A DNA stretch of 32,000 nucleotides from Phycisphaera mikurensis NBRC 102666 (GTDB lineage Bacteria > Planctomycetota > Phycisphaerae > Phycisphaerales > Phycisphaeraceae), in contig NC_017080.1 of assembly GCF_000284115.1 (NCBI RefSeq), forward strand, positions 3,510,001-3,542,000. The letters are read 5' to 3'. The notes beneath the pieces are model-generated. The model was given only the letters and a program-made list of their open reading frames with translations. It did not search any database and was not told the DNA's origin. A program made the position numbers and the translations under genes. Below are positions 8,145 through 16,760 of the stretch, one piece after another. Numbering within the stretch: the stretch's first letter is position 1; each line of letters opens with the position of its first letter.

Positions 8145-10043
8145 TCAGATGACCGAGTCGGCTTTCGAGAGCCCGTGCGCCTCGCTGGTGTCGAGCTGGA
8201 CCAACCGGTCGCCGTTGGCGAGGGCGGCCGCCTCCTTCGGCGCCACGCTCTTCGCCGCTTCGTCGTCCCCGACGTGGTCGCTGTGGCAGCGCGCCCGGCC
8301 GTCCTCGTCCGCGGGCACCAGCTTGCCCTTGGCCTTCGCCGCGAGCTTGTGGATCTCCGCCGGCGAGAGGTTGCCGCGCTGCTCGAGGATCCGCCGCTGC
8401 TCCTCGTTGAGCGCGGCGCTCTTCACCGTCCGCCCGCGGTCGAAGCCCTCGGCGAGGCCCGAGTCCCACTCGGAGATCTCCTTGCTGATGCGGACGCTGC
8501 ACCAGTCGTGGCCGCACATCGCGCAGAAGTCGGTGTCCACGTCGAGGTCCTCGTCGTGGTACGCCCGGGCCAGGTCCGGGTCGAAGGACAGGTCGAAGTG
8601 TTTCTGCCAGTTGAGGGCCGCCCGGGCCTTGGTCAGCTCGTCGTCGTTGTCCCGGGTGCCGGGGATCCCCAGCGCCACGTCGGCGGCGTGAGCCGCGATC
8701 TTGTACGCCACGCAGCCCTGCTTCACGTCGTCCTTCTTGGGCAGGCCCAGGTGCTCCTTGGGCGTGACGTAGCACAGCATCGACGCCCCGTGGTAGCCGG
8801 CCGAGGTCGCCCCGATGCAGCTGGTGATGTGGTCGTAGCCGGGGAACATGTCGGTCACCAGGGGCCCGAGCACGTAGAAGGGCGCCCCGTGGCAGAGGTG
8901 CCGCTGGGCCTTCATGTTGAACTCGATCTGGTCCAGCGGCACGTGGCCGGGGCCCTCGACCATCACCTGCACGCCGCAGCGCCAGGCACGCTCGGTCAGC
9001 TTGCCCAGCTCGACCAGCTCGGCCAGCTGCAGCTCGTCGGTGGCGTCGGCGAGGCCGCCGGGGCGGCAGCCGTCGCCGATGCTGAAGGTCACGTCGTGCT
9101 CGCGGAGGACCCCGCAGATCTTCTCCCACGACGTGTTCATCGGGTTCTCTCTCTGGTGGACCAGCATCCACTTCGCCAGCAGCGAGCCGCCGCGGGAGAC
9201 CAGGCCGATCAGCCGCTTCTTCACCAGCGGCAGGTGCGACTTGAGGATCCCGGCGTGGACCGTCATGTAGTCCACGCCCTGCTCGGCCTGGGCGCGGATG
9301 CCGTCGAGGATGATCTCCTCGTCGAGGTCTTCGATCTTCCGCCCGATGATCATCGAGTAGATCGGCACGGTGCCGATGGGCACCGTCGAGTGCGTCGTCA
9401 TCGCGACGCGGGTGGCGTCCAGGTCGCCGCCGGTGGAGAGGTCCATCACCGTGTCGGCGCCCCACTTCTCCGCCCAGCGGAGCTTGTCGACCTCCTCGTC
9501 GATCGAGGAGGAGACCGGGCTGGCGCCCATGTTCGCGTTGACCTTCGTCTTGCTGGCCCGGCCGATGGCCATCGGGTCCAGCGAGGTCTTCAGGTGGTTC
9601 TTGTTCGCCGGGATCACCATGCGGCCGGCGGCGACCTCGTCGCGGACCTGGGCCGCGCTGAGGTGCGGCTCCCGCTCGGCGACGCGCTCCATCTGCTTCG
9701 TGATCGTGCCGAGGCGCGCGTGCTCGAGCTGGGTCGACGCCTCGAAGCCGTCGGGGGCTCGCCACGAAGCGGCGTCGGCCCGGTTCGCCTCGTCGGTGCA
9801 CGTCCAGCCGGCGGGCATGAAGTCCCAGGCGGTCTTCTGCGGCAGCGGCGGCATCCCCGGCGTGTCGGGCGAGGAGAAGGTCGCCGCGCCCTCGGGGCCG
9901 GGGGCGATGGCCGGCCGGTTGGCGAAGGAGCCCGGCGTGGTGACGCCGGGCGTGTTCCCCGGGTTGCCGCCGACGGCGGGGAGCGTGTACGGGGCCGCGA
10001 CCAAGGCGGCGCGGGAGGTCGTGGGCGTGTCGTGGGGCTTCAT
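8145..10043 (-). CDS. thiC: Phosphomethylpyrimidine synthase ThiC
   Basis: 632-aa ORF with typical ThiC blocks (GTVPIYSMIIG, VDYMTVHAG, GPGHVPLDQI, GPLVTD) and the C-terminal CAMCGHDWCS Fe-S motif. A TPP riboswitch lies immediately upstream. Confidence 0.95.
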   Translation of the reverse strand: MKPHDTPTTSRAALVAAPYTLPAVGGNPGNTPGVTTPGSFANRPAIAPGPEGAATFSSPDTPGMPPLPQKTAWDFMPAGWTCTDEANRADAASWRAPDGFEASTQLEHARLGTITKQMERVAEREPHLSAAQVRDEVAAGRMVIPANKNHLKTSLDPMAIGRASKTKVNANMGASPVSSSIDEEVDKLRWAEKWGADTVMDLSTGGDLDATRVAMTTHSTVPIGTVPIYSMIIGRKIEDLDEEIILDGIRAQAEQGVDYMTVHAGILKSHLPLVKKRLIGLVSRGGSLLAKWMLVHQRENPMNTSWEKICGVLREHDVTFSIGDGCRPGGLADATDELQLAELVELGKLTERAWRCGVQVMVEGPGHVPLDQIEFNMKAQRHLCHGAPFYVLGPLVTDMFPGYDHITSCIGATSAGYHGASMLCYVTPKEHLGLPKKDDVKQGCVAYKIAAHAADVALGIPGTRDNDDELTKARAALNWQKHFDLSFDPDLARAYHDEDLDVDTDFCAMCGHDWCSVRISKEISEWDSGLAEGFDRGRTVKSAALNEEQRRILEQRGNLSPAEIHKLAAKAKGKLVPADEDGRARCHSDHVGDDEAAKSVAPKEAAALANGDRLVQLDTSEAHGLSKADSVI

Positions 10044-10111
10044 CGCGTGGGTCCTTGGGGGAGGCGCGGAGGAAGCGGGTGCGGGACGCGGCGGGTGGGC
10101 CGGTCCGGTTG

Positions 10112-10192
10112 TCGCCTTCCCTCCGCCGGTGTGATCCGGATCAGGTTCCGCGGGTGCTTCTCAGCCGGAGAGGTCCGACGCCCCGAGGCAGA
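10112..10192 (-). promoter_or_regulatory. TPP (THI-box) riboswitch in the thiC leader
   Basis: The minus strand reads CUCGGGGCGUCGGACCUCUCCGGCUGAGAAGCACCCGCGGAACCUGAUCCGGAUCACACCGGCGGAGGGAAGG. It contains the conserved CUGAGA and ACCUGAUC..GGAU...C.GGCG.AGGGA cores of the TPP aptamer, about 70 nt upstream of the thiC ATG. Confidence 0.9.
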
Positions 10193-10235
10193 AGAAAGCA
10201 TAGAGGCGGGCCCGGGCGGGTCGTACGCTGAACGC

Positions 10236-10799
10236 ATGTCCGCCCTCCCCACCCCCGGCCTGGTCTCCGTGCAGGACTACCTCGACGGCGAGCTCGCCGC
10301 GGCCGAGAAGCACGAGTACCTCGGCGGCGTCGTGCACGCGATGGCCGGCGGCACCCGCCGGCACAACGCGGTGTCGAGCAACGCCGTCATCGCATTGGGG
10401 GCTCGGCTGCGTGGCAAGCCGTGCCGGGCTTTCGCGTCGGATGCGAAGGTCAGGGTCCAGTCCCCGACCCAGATCCGCTTCTACTACCCAGACGCCACGG
10501 TGGTGTGCAACGACGCCGAGGACGGGAGCCTCTACGAAGATGAACCGGTGGTCTTGATCGAGGTGCTCTCGCCGTCCACCCGCCGGATCGACGACGGCGA
10601 GAAGCGAGACGCGTACCTCTCGATCCCGAGCCTCCGCGTCTTCCTCCGCGTCGAGCCCGACCGCCCCCTGGTCATCGTCGATCGTCGGGTGGTTCCCGGC
10701 TTCGGGTTCGCTCTGGAGTCGTACGAAGGTGAGAACGCCGTGATCCCGCTCCCGGAGATCGGCACCGAGCTGCCGCTGCGCGATCTGTACGAAGCTTGA
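10236..10799 (+). CDS. Uma2-family (DUF820) PD-(D/E)XK endonuclease-like protein
   Basis: The MSALPTPGLVSVQDYLDGELAAAEKHEYLGGVVHAMAGG... start and the PDATVVC..., EPVVLIEVLSPST and D.GEKRDAYL blocks match the Uma2 family pattern. Confidence 0.75.
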   Translation: MSALPTPGLVSVQDYLDGELAAAEKHEYLGGVVHAMAGGTRRHNAVSSNAVIALGARLRGKPCRAFASDAKVRVQSPTQIRFYYPDATVVCNDAEDGSLYEDEPVVLIEVLSPSTRRIDDGEKRDAYLSIPSLRVFLRVEPDRPLVIVDRRVVPGFGFALESYEGENAVIPLPEIGTELPLRDLYEA

Positions 10800-10844
10800 A
10801 CCGGCCGCCGCGCCGGGCGGATCCGTTCCGATGAAGCTCCGCGC

Positions 10845-11891
10845 TCAGGCGGCATCCGCGGCGAGGGCGACCACCTCGGCCCGCTCGGCCTCGCTCAGCG
10901 GGCCTTGCTGCAGCGCGTCGCAGCAGCCGGTCACCTGGGAGGGGCGGCTGGCGCCGATCAGGGCGCTGGTGATCCGCGGGTCGCCGAGCACCCAGCACAG
11001 GGCCAGCTGGGCGAGCGTCTGGCCGCGGTCGCCGGCGTACGCGTTCAGCCGCTTGAGGTGGGCCTGCAGCTCCGGCGTCACGCGGTCGGCCTTCAGGAAG
11101 CCGGAAGCCGCGGCGGCCCGAGAGTCGGCAGGCACGCCGTCGAGGTACTTGTCGGTGAGCAGGCCCTGCGCCAGCGGGCTGAAGACGATGTTGCCCATCC
11201 CGCCGTCGGCGGCGGCATCGAGCCCGCCGCCGGAGAGCGACGGGTCGAGCAGGTGGTGCGGCACCTGGTGGAGGATCGGCTTCACCAGGCCGTCCCGCTC
11301 GCAGATCGAGAGCGCCTCCTCCACCCGCTCGCCGGGGTAGTTGGAGACCGCGGCGTGCAGCGTCTTCCCGCTCCTCACGAGGTGATCGAGCGCCCCGAGC
11401 GTCTCCTCCAGCGGCACGCTCGGGTCGTTGCGGTGGTGGTAGAAGAGGTCGAGGTGGTCGAGCCGGAGGCGGCGCAGCGAGGCTTCGCAGCTCTGGATCA
11501 GGTACTTGCGGCCGCCGCCGTCGCCGTAGGGACCGGGCTGCATCCGGTAGCCCGCCTTGCTGGAGACCACGATCTCCTCGCGGTGGTGACCGAAGTCGCT
11601 CTCGAGGATCCGGCCGCAGCGGGCCTCGGCGGCGCCCGGCGCGGGGCCGTAGTTGTTGGCGAAGTCGAAGTGGGTGACGCCGCGATCGAAGGCGGTCCGC
11701 ATCATCGCGGTCGCGTTCTCGTGCAGGTCCTGCTCGCCGAGCTTCTGCGCGTCGGTGCCGGCGTCGCCGAAGTTGTGCCACATGCCCAGCGAGACGGCGG
11801 GCAGGTCCAGGCCGCTCTTGCCGCATCGGCGGAACCAGCCCCCGGGGAGGTCGTCGTAGCGCGTGGGGGAGAAGGTGCTCATCGCGGGCAA
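10845..11891 (-). CDS. yghZ: Aldo/keto reductase, L-glyceraldehyde-3-phosphate reductase (YghZ/Gpr)-like
   Basis: Similar along its length to my recollection of E. coli YghZ (CGKSGL.LPA.SLG.WHNFG, HFD.ANNYGP.PG.AE, SSKAGY.M.PGPYG.GG.RKYL, VLIGASR). Confidence 0.85.
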   Translation of the reverse strand: MPAMSTFSPTRYDDLPGGWFRRCGKSGLDLPAVSLGMWHNFGDAGTDAQKLGEQDLHENATAMMRTAFDRGVTHFDFANNYGPAPGAAEARCGRILESDFGHHREEIVVSSKAGYRMQPGPYGDGGGRKYLIQSCEASLRRLRLDHLDLFYHHRNDPSVPLEETLGALDHLVRSGKTLHAAVSNYPGERVEEALSICERDGLVKPILHQVPHHLLDPSLSGGGLDAAADGGMGNIVFSPLAQGLLTDKYLDGVPADSRAAAASGFLKADRVTPELQAHLKRLNAYAGDRGQTLAQLALCWVLGDPRITSALIGASRPSQVTGCCDALQQGPLSEAERAEVVALAADAA

Positions 11892-11909
11892 GCTACGCCG
11901 CCGCCGCCG

Positions 11910-12368
11910 TCATTTCCGCCACCTCTTCGCGACGCCGCCCATCTCGCAGACCGCCGCCCACTCGCCGGGCCGCACCGGCTGCACGGAGAGCCGGGTGTTG
12001 TTGACGAGCACCATCTCGCCGAGCGCCTCCTCGGCCTTCACGTCGGCCAGCGTGACGGGCGTCGGGAAGGGCGCGAGCCCGCGGAGCCGGACCATGCCGA
12101 AGCCCGCTTTGCTGCGCCCGGTGCGGTCGCTGGGGTCGGGCTCGTGCTCGCCGACCACCTCGACGATGCCGACGATCCTCTTCTCGTTCACGGAGTGGTA
12201 GAAGAAGCCGCGGTCGCCCAGCCGCATCTGCTTCATCACGCCGTCCGCCTGGAAGTTGCGGACGCCGTCCCAGGCCGTCTCCCGCTCCGGCGCCGCCATC
12301 TGGTCGTCCCACGACCAGGTGCCCGGCTCGGACTTGAAGAGGAAGAAGTGTCGCGGTCGCTTGGGCAT
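11910..12368 (-). CDS. EVE domain-containing protein
   Basis: 152 aa. FLFKSEPGTWSWDD, WDGVRNFQA and MRLGDRGFFYHS are characteristic of the EVE/PUA-like family. Confidence 0.8.
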   Translation of the reverse strand: MPKRPRHFFLFKSEPGTWSWDDQMAAPERETAWDGVRNFQADGVMKQMRLGDRGFFYHSVNEKRIVGIVEVVGEHEPDPSDRTGRSKAGFGMVRLRGLAPFPTPVTLADVKAEEALGEMVLVNNTRLSVQPVRPGEWAAVCEMGGVAKRWRK

Positions 12369-12384
12369 GCGGGGAAGCTACCGC

Positions 12385-12430
12385 CCGCGGACCGCGGCCG
12401 ATCACGCTCGACCGAGCGGACGGTCCGCGG
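12385..12430. repeat. 46-bp inverted-repeat element, copy 3
   Basis: Arms are exact at 12385..12394 and 12421..12430. The left arm extends to the full 13-bp palindrome CCGCGGACCGCGG. It is intergenic, 93 bp downstream of the pyrE stop. Confidence 0.9.
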
Positions 12431-12522
12431 CAACACGCACCGCCGGGGCTCTGCCTCTCCGCCTGCTTCGTGCCTTCAGGCTTCTCGTGAGGAAGCGCAG
12501 CGGCTGCCCTCGCGCTGCTCCG

Positions 12523-13053
12523 TCAGTCGATTCCCAGCTCCGTCTTCGTCAGCACCGACGCGAAGGCGAAGCCGGCCTCTTCGACGGCCTCGCGGCCGCC
12601 CTCCTCGCGGTCGATGGCGACGACGACCCGGACGACCTCGCACCCGCAGTCGTCGCGGAGCAGCCGGGCCGCCTCGATCGCCTGGCCGCCCGACGTCGCG
12701 ATGTCTTCTGTCACGACCACGCGGTCGCCCCGCTCCAGCGTCCCCTCGAAGCGCTTCGCGGTCCCGTAGTCCTTCTTCGCGTTGCGGACGAAGACGGTGG
12801 GCTTGCCGGTGAGCAGGCCGACGGCGGTGGCGATCGGCACGCCGCCGAGCTCGGGGCCGGCGAGGCGGTCGTAGCCGCTCGCGTCGCCGGCGAGCGCGGC
12901 GACGCGCACGGCCAGCTCGCGCAGGACCTCCGGGCGGGTGACGAAGCCGTACTTGTCGAGGTAGTACGAGCTCTTGCGGCCCGAGCGGAGCGTGAAGTCG
13001 CCCCGGAGAAGAGCGCTTTCGGAGACGGCCCGGAGGAAGTCGGCGTCGGTCAT
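12523..13053 (-). CDS. pyrE: Orotate phosphoribosyltransferase
   Basis: Start at MTDADF (ATG 13053). FTLRSGRKSSYYLD and the PRPP-binding loop VVVTEDIATSGGQ are present. The upstream part of track ORF 12523..13560 is read-through of a non-coding repeat. Confidence 0.9.
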   Translation of the reverse strand: MTDADFLRAVSESALLRGDFTLRSGRKSSYYLDKYGFVTRPEVLRELAVRVAALAGDASGYDRLAGPELGGVPIATAVGLLTGKPTVFVRNAKKDYGTAKRFEGTLERGDRVVVTEDIATSGGQAIEAARLLRDDCGCEVVRVVVAIDREEGGREAVEEAGFAFASVLTKTELGID

Positions 13054-13094
13054 GGGGGGAACGTAAGGCGGGGGCGAGGGAGGGAAGAAGCGAA

Positions 13095-13150
13095 GAAGTG
13101 AGGAAGTGAGGAAGTGAGGAAGTGGGGAAGTGGGGAAGTGGGGAAGTGGG
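13095..13150. repeat. 8-bp tandem microsatellite, GAAGTGAG x3 followed by GAAGTGGG x4
   Basis: Seven head-to-tail 8-mers read directly. The unit length is not a multiple of 3. The array sits in the 232-bp divergent region between pyrE (-) and the SDR gene (+). Confidence 0.95.
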
Positions 13151-13285
13151 GACGCGAGGGGGTGGGGGCGGCGGCTGTGCCGGCCGGTTGGGGTGGGATT
13201 TGGTTTGGGCTGGAGTTCGCTCTTGTCTTTGGGTTGCGCTTGCCTGCTGAGCGGCGGGGGCGCTGGCGGGGCGTAGCCTCGCCGC

Positions 13286-14119
13286 GTGGCCGCCCGCTCG
13301 CTCTCCAACGCCGTGCTCGTGCTGACAGGCGCCTCCTCGGGGATCGGGGCGGCGGTGGCCGAGGCGGCGGGCGCGGCGGGGATGCGGGCGGTGCTCAACG
13401 GGCGTCGGGCGGAGAAGCTCCAGGCGGTGGCGGAGCGGGTGCGGGCGGCGGGCGGGGAAGCGCTTGCGGTGCCCGGCGACGTCACCCGCGAGGCGGACGT
13501 GGAGGAGCTGTTCGCCGCGGCGGCGGAGGCCTTCGGGGGCGTGGACGCGGTGCTGGCCAACGCGGGCTACGGGCTGGAGAAACGCTTCGACGCGACCTCG
13601 ATGCGCGAGCACCGGGCGATCTTCGAGACCAACCACTTCGGCACGCTCCTGACGCTGCGCGCGGGGCTGGCGGCGGTGCGGGCGGAGCCCGGAGGCCTCC
13701 GGCACCTCCTGGTCACCAGCTCGTGCGTGTCGGAGCTGGGCCCGCCGCGTTTCGGGGCCTACGCCGCGACGAAGGCGGCCCAGGACGCGGTCGCTCAAGC
13801 GCTGCGGGCGGAGGTCGCGGCGGAGGGGATCCGCGTGACGACGATCCACCCGGTCGGCACGAGAACCGAATTCTTCGACACCGCCGCCGCGAACAGCGGG
13901 ACCGACCGCAGCCTCGCCGACACGAACACGCCGGACCTCTTCACGCAGACCGCCGGGCACGTCGCCCGCCGGGTGATCGCGGCGCTCAAGCGACCGGTCG
14001 CCGAGGTGTGGCCGTCCCGGCCGGCCCGCTTCGCCTTCGCCGCGGCGACGGCCTTCCCGGGCCTCACCGCGTGGGGCCTGGCCCGGGCCGCGGCCCGGAT
14101 GGAGAAGCAGGGCCGGTGA
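13286..14119 (+). CDS. SDR-family oxidoreductase (short-chain dehydrogenase/reductase)
   Basis: TGASSGIG cofactor motif, NAG, and the catalytic S...YAATKAA (YxxxK). GTG start. Confidence 0.85.
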   Translation: MAARSLSNAVLVLTGASSGIGAAVAEAAGAAGMRAVLNGRRAEKLQAVAERVRAAGGEALAVPGDVTREADVEELFAAAAEAFGGVDAVLANAGYGLEKRFDATSMREHRAIFETNHFGTLLTLRAGLAAVRAEPGGLRHLLVTSSCVSELGPPRFGAYAATKAAQDAVAQALRAEVAAEGIRVTTIHPVGTRTEFFDTAAANSGTDRSLADTNTPDLFTQTAGHVARRVIAALKRPVAEVWPSRPARFAFAAATAFPGLTAWGLARAAARMEKQGR

Positions 14120-14424
14120 GCGACGCGCAGGTCGAGCTGGGCGAGGAGACCGAGGGCCCGAGCGGCTGGTCGTGGCCGGCCCGCGTGTTCGCCCGCGGAC
14201 GCCTGCGCGAACTCGACGTGAGGCTGTCGTTCCAGGATTACGACCTCTGGTGCCGCGGCCGCGTCCCCCCCGCGCGCGTCGCGGCGGCCTGCGTGGCGTG
14301 GCTCTGCGGCGTGGAGGACCCGGCCACCCTCGCGGACCCCTTCGACTGCGCCCGGGCGCGGCGGTCGCACCCCGCGATCGACGCGGAGCTCCCGGAGCGG
14401 CTGGGGATCCGGATGAGCGGGTGA
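14116..14424 (+). CDS. Hypothetical protein (102 aa)
   Basis: GTG at 14116 overlaps the SDR stop (GTGA). The frame has high GC3 and a balanced, acidic composition. No family recognised. Confidence 0.5.
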   Translation: MSDAQVELGEETEGPSGWSWPARVFARGRLRELDVRLSFQDYDLWCRGRVPPARVAAACVAWLCGVEDPATLADPFDCARARRSHPAIDAELPERLGIRMSG

Positions 14425-14474
14425 AGACCTCCGCGTCGCCGGGCCGGCTCCGCTCCACGTCGCGACCGCGAGCC

Positions 14475-16358
14475 TCAGCCCAGCGACCGCAGCGCCGCCT
14501 TGCAGGCCTGCCCCAGCGGGACCGCCTCGCCGCGGGGGCCTAGGGAGCCGTCCCGCGCCACCAGCTCCACCGTCGGCGTGTCGGCGGAGAGGCCCTTGTC
14601 GCCGACGACGATCCGCAGCGGGAAGCCGATCAGGTCGGCGTCCTTGAACTTGGGCCCCGGCCGCCCGTCGCGGTCGTCGATGAGCACGTCGTGCCCGGCC
14701 TCCTCCAGGCTGGCCGCCAGGTTCCGGCAGACGTCGGCGACCTGGCTGTCGGGCTCCCACGCGATCGGCGTGATGACGACCGCGTAGGGCGCGAGCGCGA
14801 CGGGCCAGATGATGCCGTCGGCGTCGTGGCCGCTCTTCTTCTCCGCGGTCGAGCGGCCGGTGCTCTCGATGGCCGAGGCGAGCACGCGGTTGACGCCGAT
14901 GCCGTAGCAGCCCATGAGCGGTGTGACGGCCGCGCCGTCGGCCCCGGCCACGGCGATGCCCAGGGCCCGCGTGTACTTGGCCCCCAGCTTGAACACCTGG
15001 CCGACCTCGATGCCGCGCGAGGCCACGAGCGTGGGCCCGCCGTCGCCGGCGACCGCCCCGGGGGCGGGGTCGCCCGCGAGCGCGTTGCGGAGGTCCAGGA
15101 CGGCGAAGCGGTCGGCGGGGAGGTGGTCGGTGAGGTCGCGGCCCCAGTGGAAGTGCTTGGCGTGGGCGTCGGGCCGGTTGGCGCCGACGACCCAGAAGCC
15201 GCCGTGCGCCGCGTCGAAGTCGACGGCGACGGCGGTGTCGCCGCGGCCGGCCGCGGCGTGCGGGCCCACCGAGCCCAGCGGGAAGCCCGCGGCTTGGGCC
15301 TCCTCCTCGGGGGCGAGGCGCGCGAGCGCACCCGGGCCGTGGAAGCGCTCGGCGGCGGCCTTGAGCTTCTCGTCGTTGAGCTGGTGGTCGCCGCGGACCG
15401 CGACCAAAAGGAAGCGCAAACCGCCGCGGTCCGCGGAATCGGGCGGCTCGGCGTCCTCGGGCGGCTCCATCATGCAGACGAGCGTCTTGAGCGTGTTCTT
15501 CGCGGCGAGCTTCGAGCCCAGCTCCTTCTTGAAGAAGGCGGTGACCTCCTCGATGGAGCCCACGCCGGGCGTCTCCACCTCCTCCAGGCCGCCCGTCGGC
15601 TCCTGGGTGAGGTCGCTGGGCCGCTCGCCGGTCGCGGCCTTCTCCTCGTTGGCGGCGTACGCCCCGTCGGTGGAGCGGAAGACGGTGTCCTCGCCGGTCG
15701 GCGTGAGCACGGTGAACTGGTGGCTGGCCCGGCCGCCCATCTCGCCGGTCTCGGCCTCGACGACGGCGTAGTCGAGCCCGCACCGCTCGAAGATCCGCTC
15801 GTAGGCGGCGTACTGCGCCCGGTAGGTCTCGTCGAGCCCGCCCTCGCCGTCGGCGGTGGCGTGGAAGCTGTAGCCGTCCTTCATCAGGAACTCCCGCGAC
15901 CGCAGCACCCCGAAGCGCGGCCGGAACTCGTCGCGGAACTTGGTCTGGATCTGGTAGACGTTGCGGGGCAGGTCCTTGTAGGAGGACAGGGTCGCGCCCA
16001 CGAGGTCGGCCACGGCCTCCTCGGCGGTCGGCGCGAGCGCCGCCTCGCGGCCGTGGCGGTCGTTGACCACGAAGAGGTTCGCGCCGTACGCCGCGCGGCG
16101 GCCGGTGCGCTCCCACAGCGAGATCGGCTGCAGGCACGGCAGGCTGACTTCGACGGCTCCGGCGGCGTGCTGCTCCTCGCGGATGATCCGCTCCACCTTC
16201 CGCAGGCTCCGCAGCCCCAGCGGCAGGTAGCCGTACGAGCCCGAGCCGAGCCGGCGGACCAGCCCGGCCCGCAGCATCAGCCGGTGCGAGGGCACCTCGG
16301 CGTCGGCGGGGGCTTCGCGGAGGGTGGGGGCGAGGGTTCTCGACCAGAAGTCAGGCAT
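14475..16358 (-). CDS. proS: Proline--tRNA ligase (bacterial type with INS editing domain)
   Basis: Start at MPDFWSRTLAPTLREAP (ATG 16358). Class II motifs (FRDE.RPRFG..R.REF.MKD.YSF; GCYGIG..R) and the VRGDHQLNDEKL block are present. The upstream part of track ORF 14475..17804 is a GC artefact. Confidence 0.95.
   Translation of the reverse strand: MPDFWSRTLAPTLREAPADAEVPSHRLMLRAGLVRRLGSGSYGYLPLGLRSLRKVERIIREEQHAAGAVEVSLPCLQPISLWERTGRRAAYGANLFVVNDRHGREAALAPTAEEAVADLVGATLSSYKDLPRNVYQIQTKFRDEFRPRFGVLRSREFLMKDGYSFHATADGEGGLDETYRAQYAAYERIFERCGLDYAVVEAETGEMGGRASHQFTVLTPTGEDTVFRSTDGAYAANEEKAATGERPSDLTQEPTGGLEEVETPGVGSIEEVTAFFKKELGSKLAAKNTLKTLVCMMEPPEDAEPPDSADRGGLRFLLVAVRGDHQLNDEKLKAAAERFHGPGALARLAPEEEAQAAGFPLGSVGPHAAAGRGDTAVAVDFDAAHGGFWVVGANRPDAHAKHFHWGRDLTDHLPADRFAVLDLRNALAGDPAPGAVAGDGGPTLVASRGIEVGQVFKLGAKYTRALGIAVAGADGAAVTPLMGCYGIGVNRVLASAIESTGRSTAEKKSGHDADGIIWPVALAPYAVVITPIAWEPDSQVADVCRNLAASLEEAGHDVLIDDRDGRPGPKFKDADLIGFPLRIVVGDKGLSADTPTVELVARDGSLGPRGEAVPLGQACKAALRSLG
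15391..15436. repeat. 46-bp inverted-repeat element, copy 4, inside the proS CDS
   Basis: Arms are exact at 15391..15400 and 15427..15436. On the coding (minus) strand the arms read S-A-D-R-G and A-V-R-G-D. Confidence 0.9.
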
Positions 16359-16426
16359 GCGCGAGAGCGTACGGACAGGGCGGGGGGCCCCGAAGCTTCG
16401 CCGTGTAGGATCGCCGGGGAACCCGC

Positions 16427-16675
16427 ATGCCGAGCCGAACCCGATCCTCCGCCGCCGCGCCCAGTGTGGTCGCGGCCGCGTGCTTGGGAGCGGCGGCCGC
16501 GGCGATCGCGGCGGTTGCGGGTTGCGCCCCGTCCCCCGTTTCGACCGAGACGCCGCGCTCGCCCTACGAGCGGTACGACGACCTGCGGGGCCGGGAGGTG
16601 CCGCGGACCACCGTGGATTCCTTCGGGCGCGAGCGGCTGAACCTGGAGGGTCGGCTGGCCCAGCCGGACCCCTGA
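16427..16675 (+). CDS. Small putative lipoprotein (82 aa)
   Basis: N-terminal Ala-rich signal peptide ending in the lipobox AVAGC. It is divergent from proS. Short, with no recognised family. Confidence 0.45.
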   Translation: MPSRTRSSAAAPSVVAAACLGAAAAAIAAVAGCAPSPVSTETPRSPYERYDDLRGREVPRTTVDSFGRERLNLEGRLAQPDP

Positions 16676-16760
16676 TTCCGAACGGAGACCTCACAAGAAC
16701 GGCCATTACAGCGCTTTGTAGGGTCTGTGACGACGCACACCCGATGGCAGGACGCCACCG

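Noticed and set aside
10236-10799. Uma2 (restriction-endonuclease-like) gene as part of a restriction-modification or defence island
   Set aside because: It stands alone between thiC and an aldo/keto reductase, with no methyltransferase, helicase or other defence-associated neighbour. The Uma2 family is widespread as solitary genes.
12523-13560. The extended 345-aa version of the pyrE ORF
   Set aside because: The upstream 168 codons read through the 8-bp microsatellite (PLPHFPTSPLPHF...) and run antisense to the SDR gene. The PyrE family alignment begins at MTDADF (13053).
16601-16610. Lone near-matches to the element arms: CCGCGGACCA 16601, TGGTCCGCGG 20231, CGGTCCGCGA 28812, CTGTCCGCGG 30369, and several 8/10 matches
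   Set aside because: None has a partner arm at the 36-nt offset. All are inside CDSs and can be explained by common Ala/Asp/Arg/Val/Gly codons, so I treat them as background.
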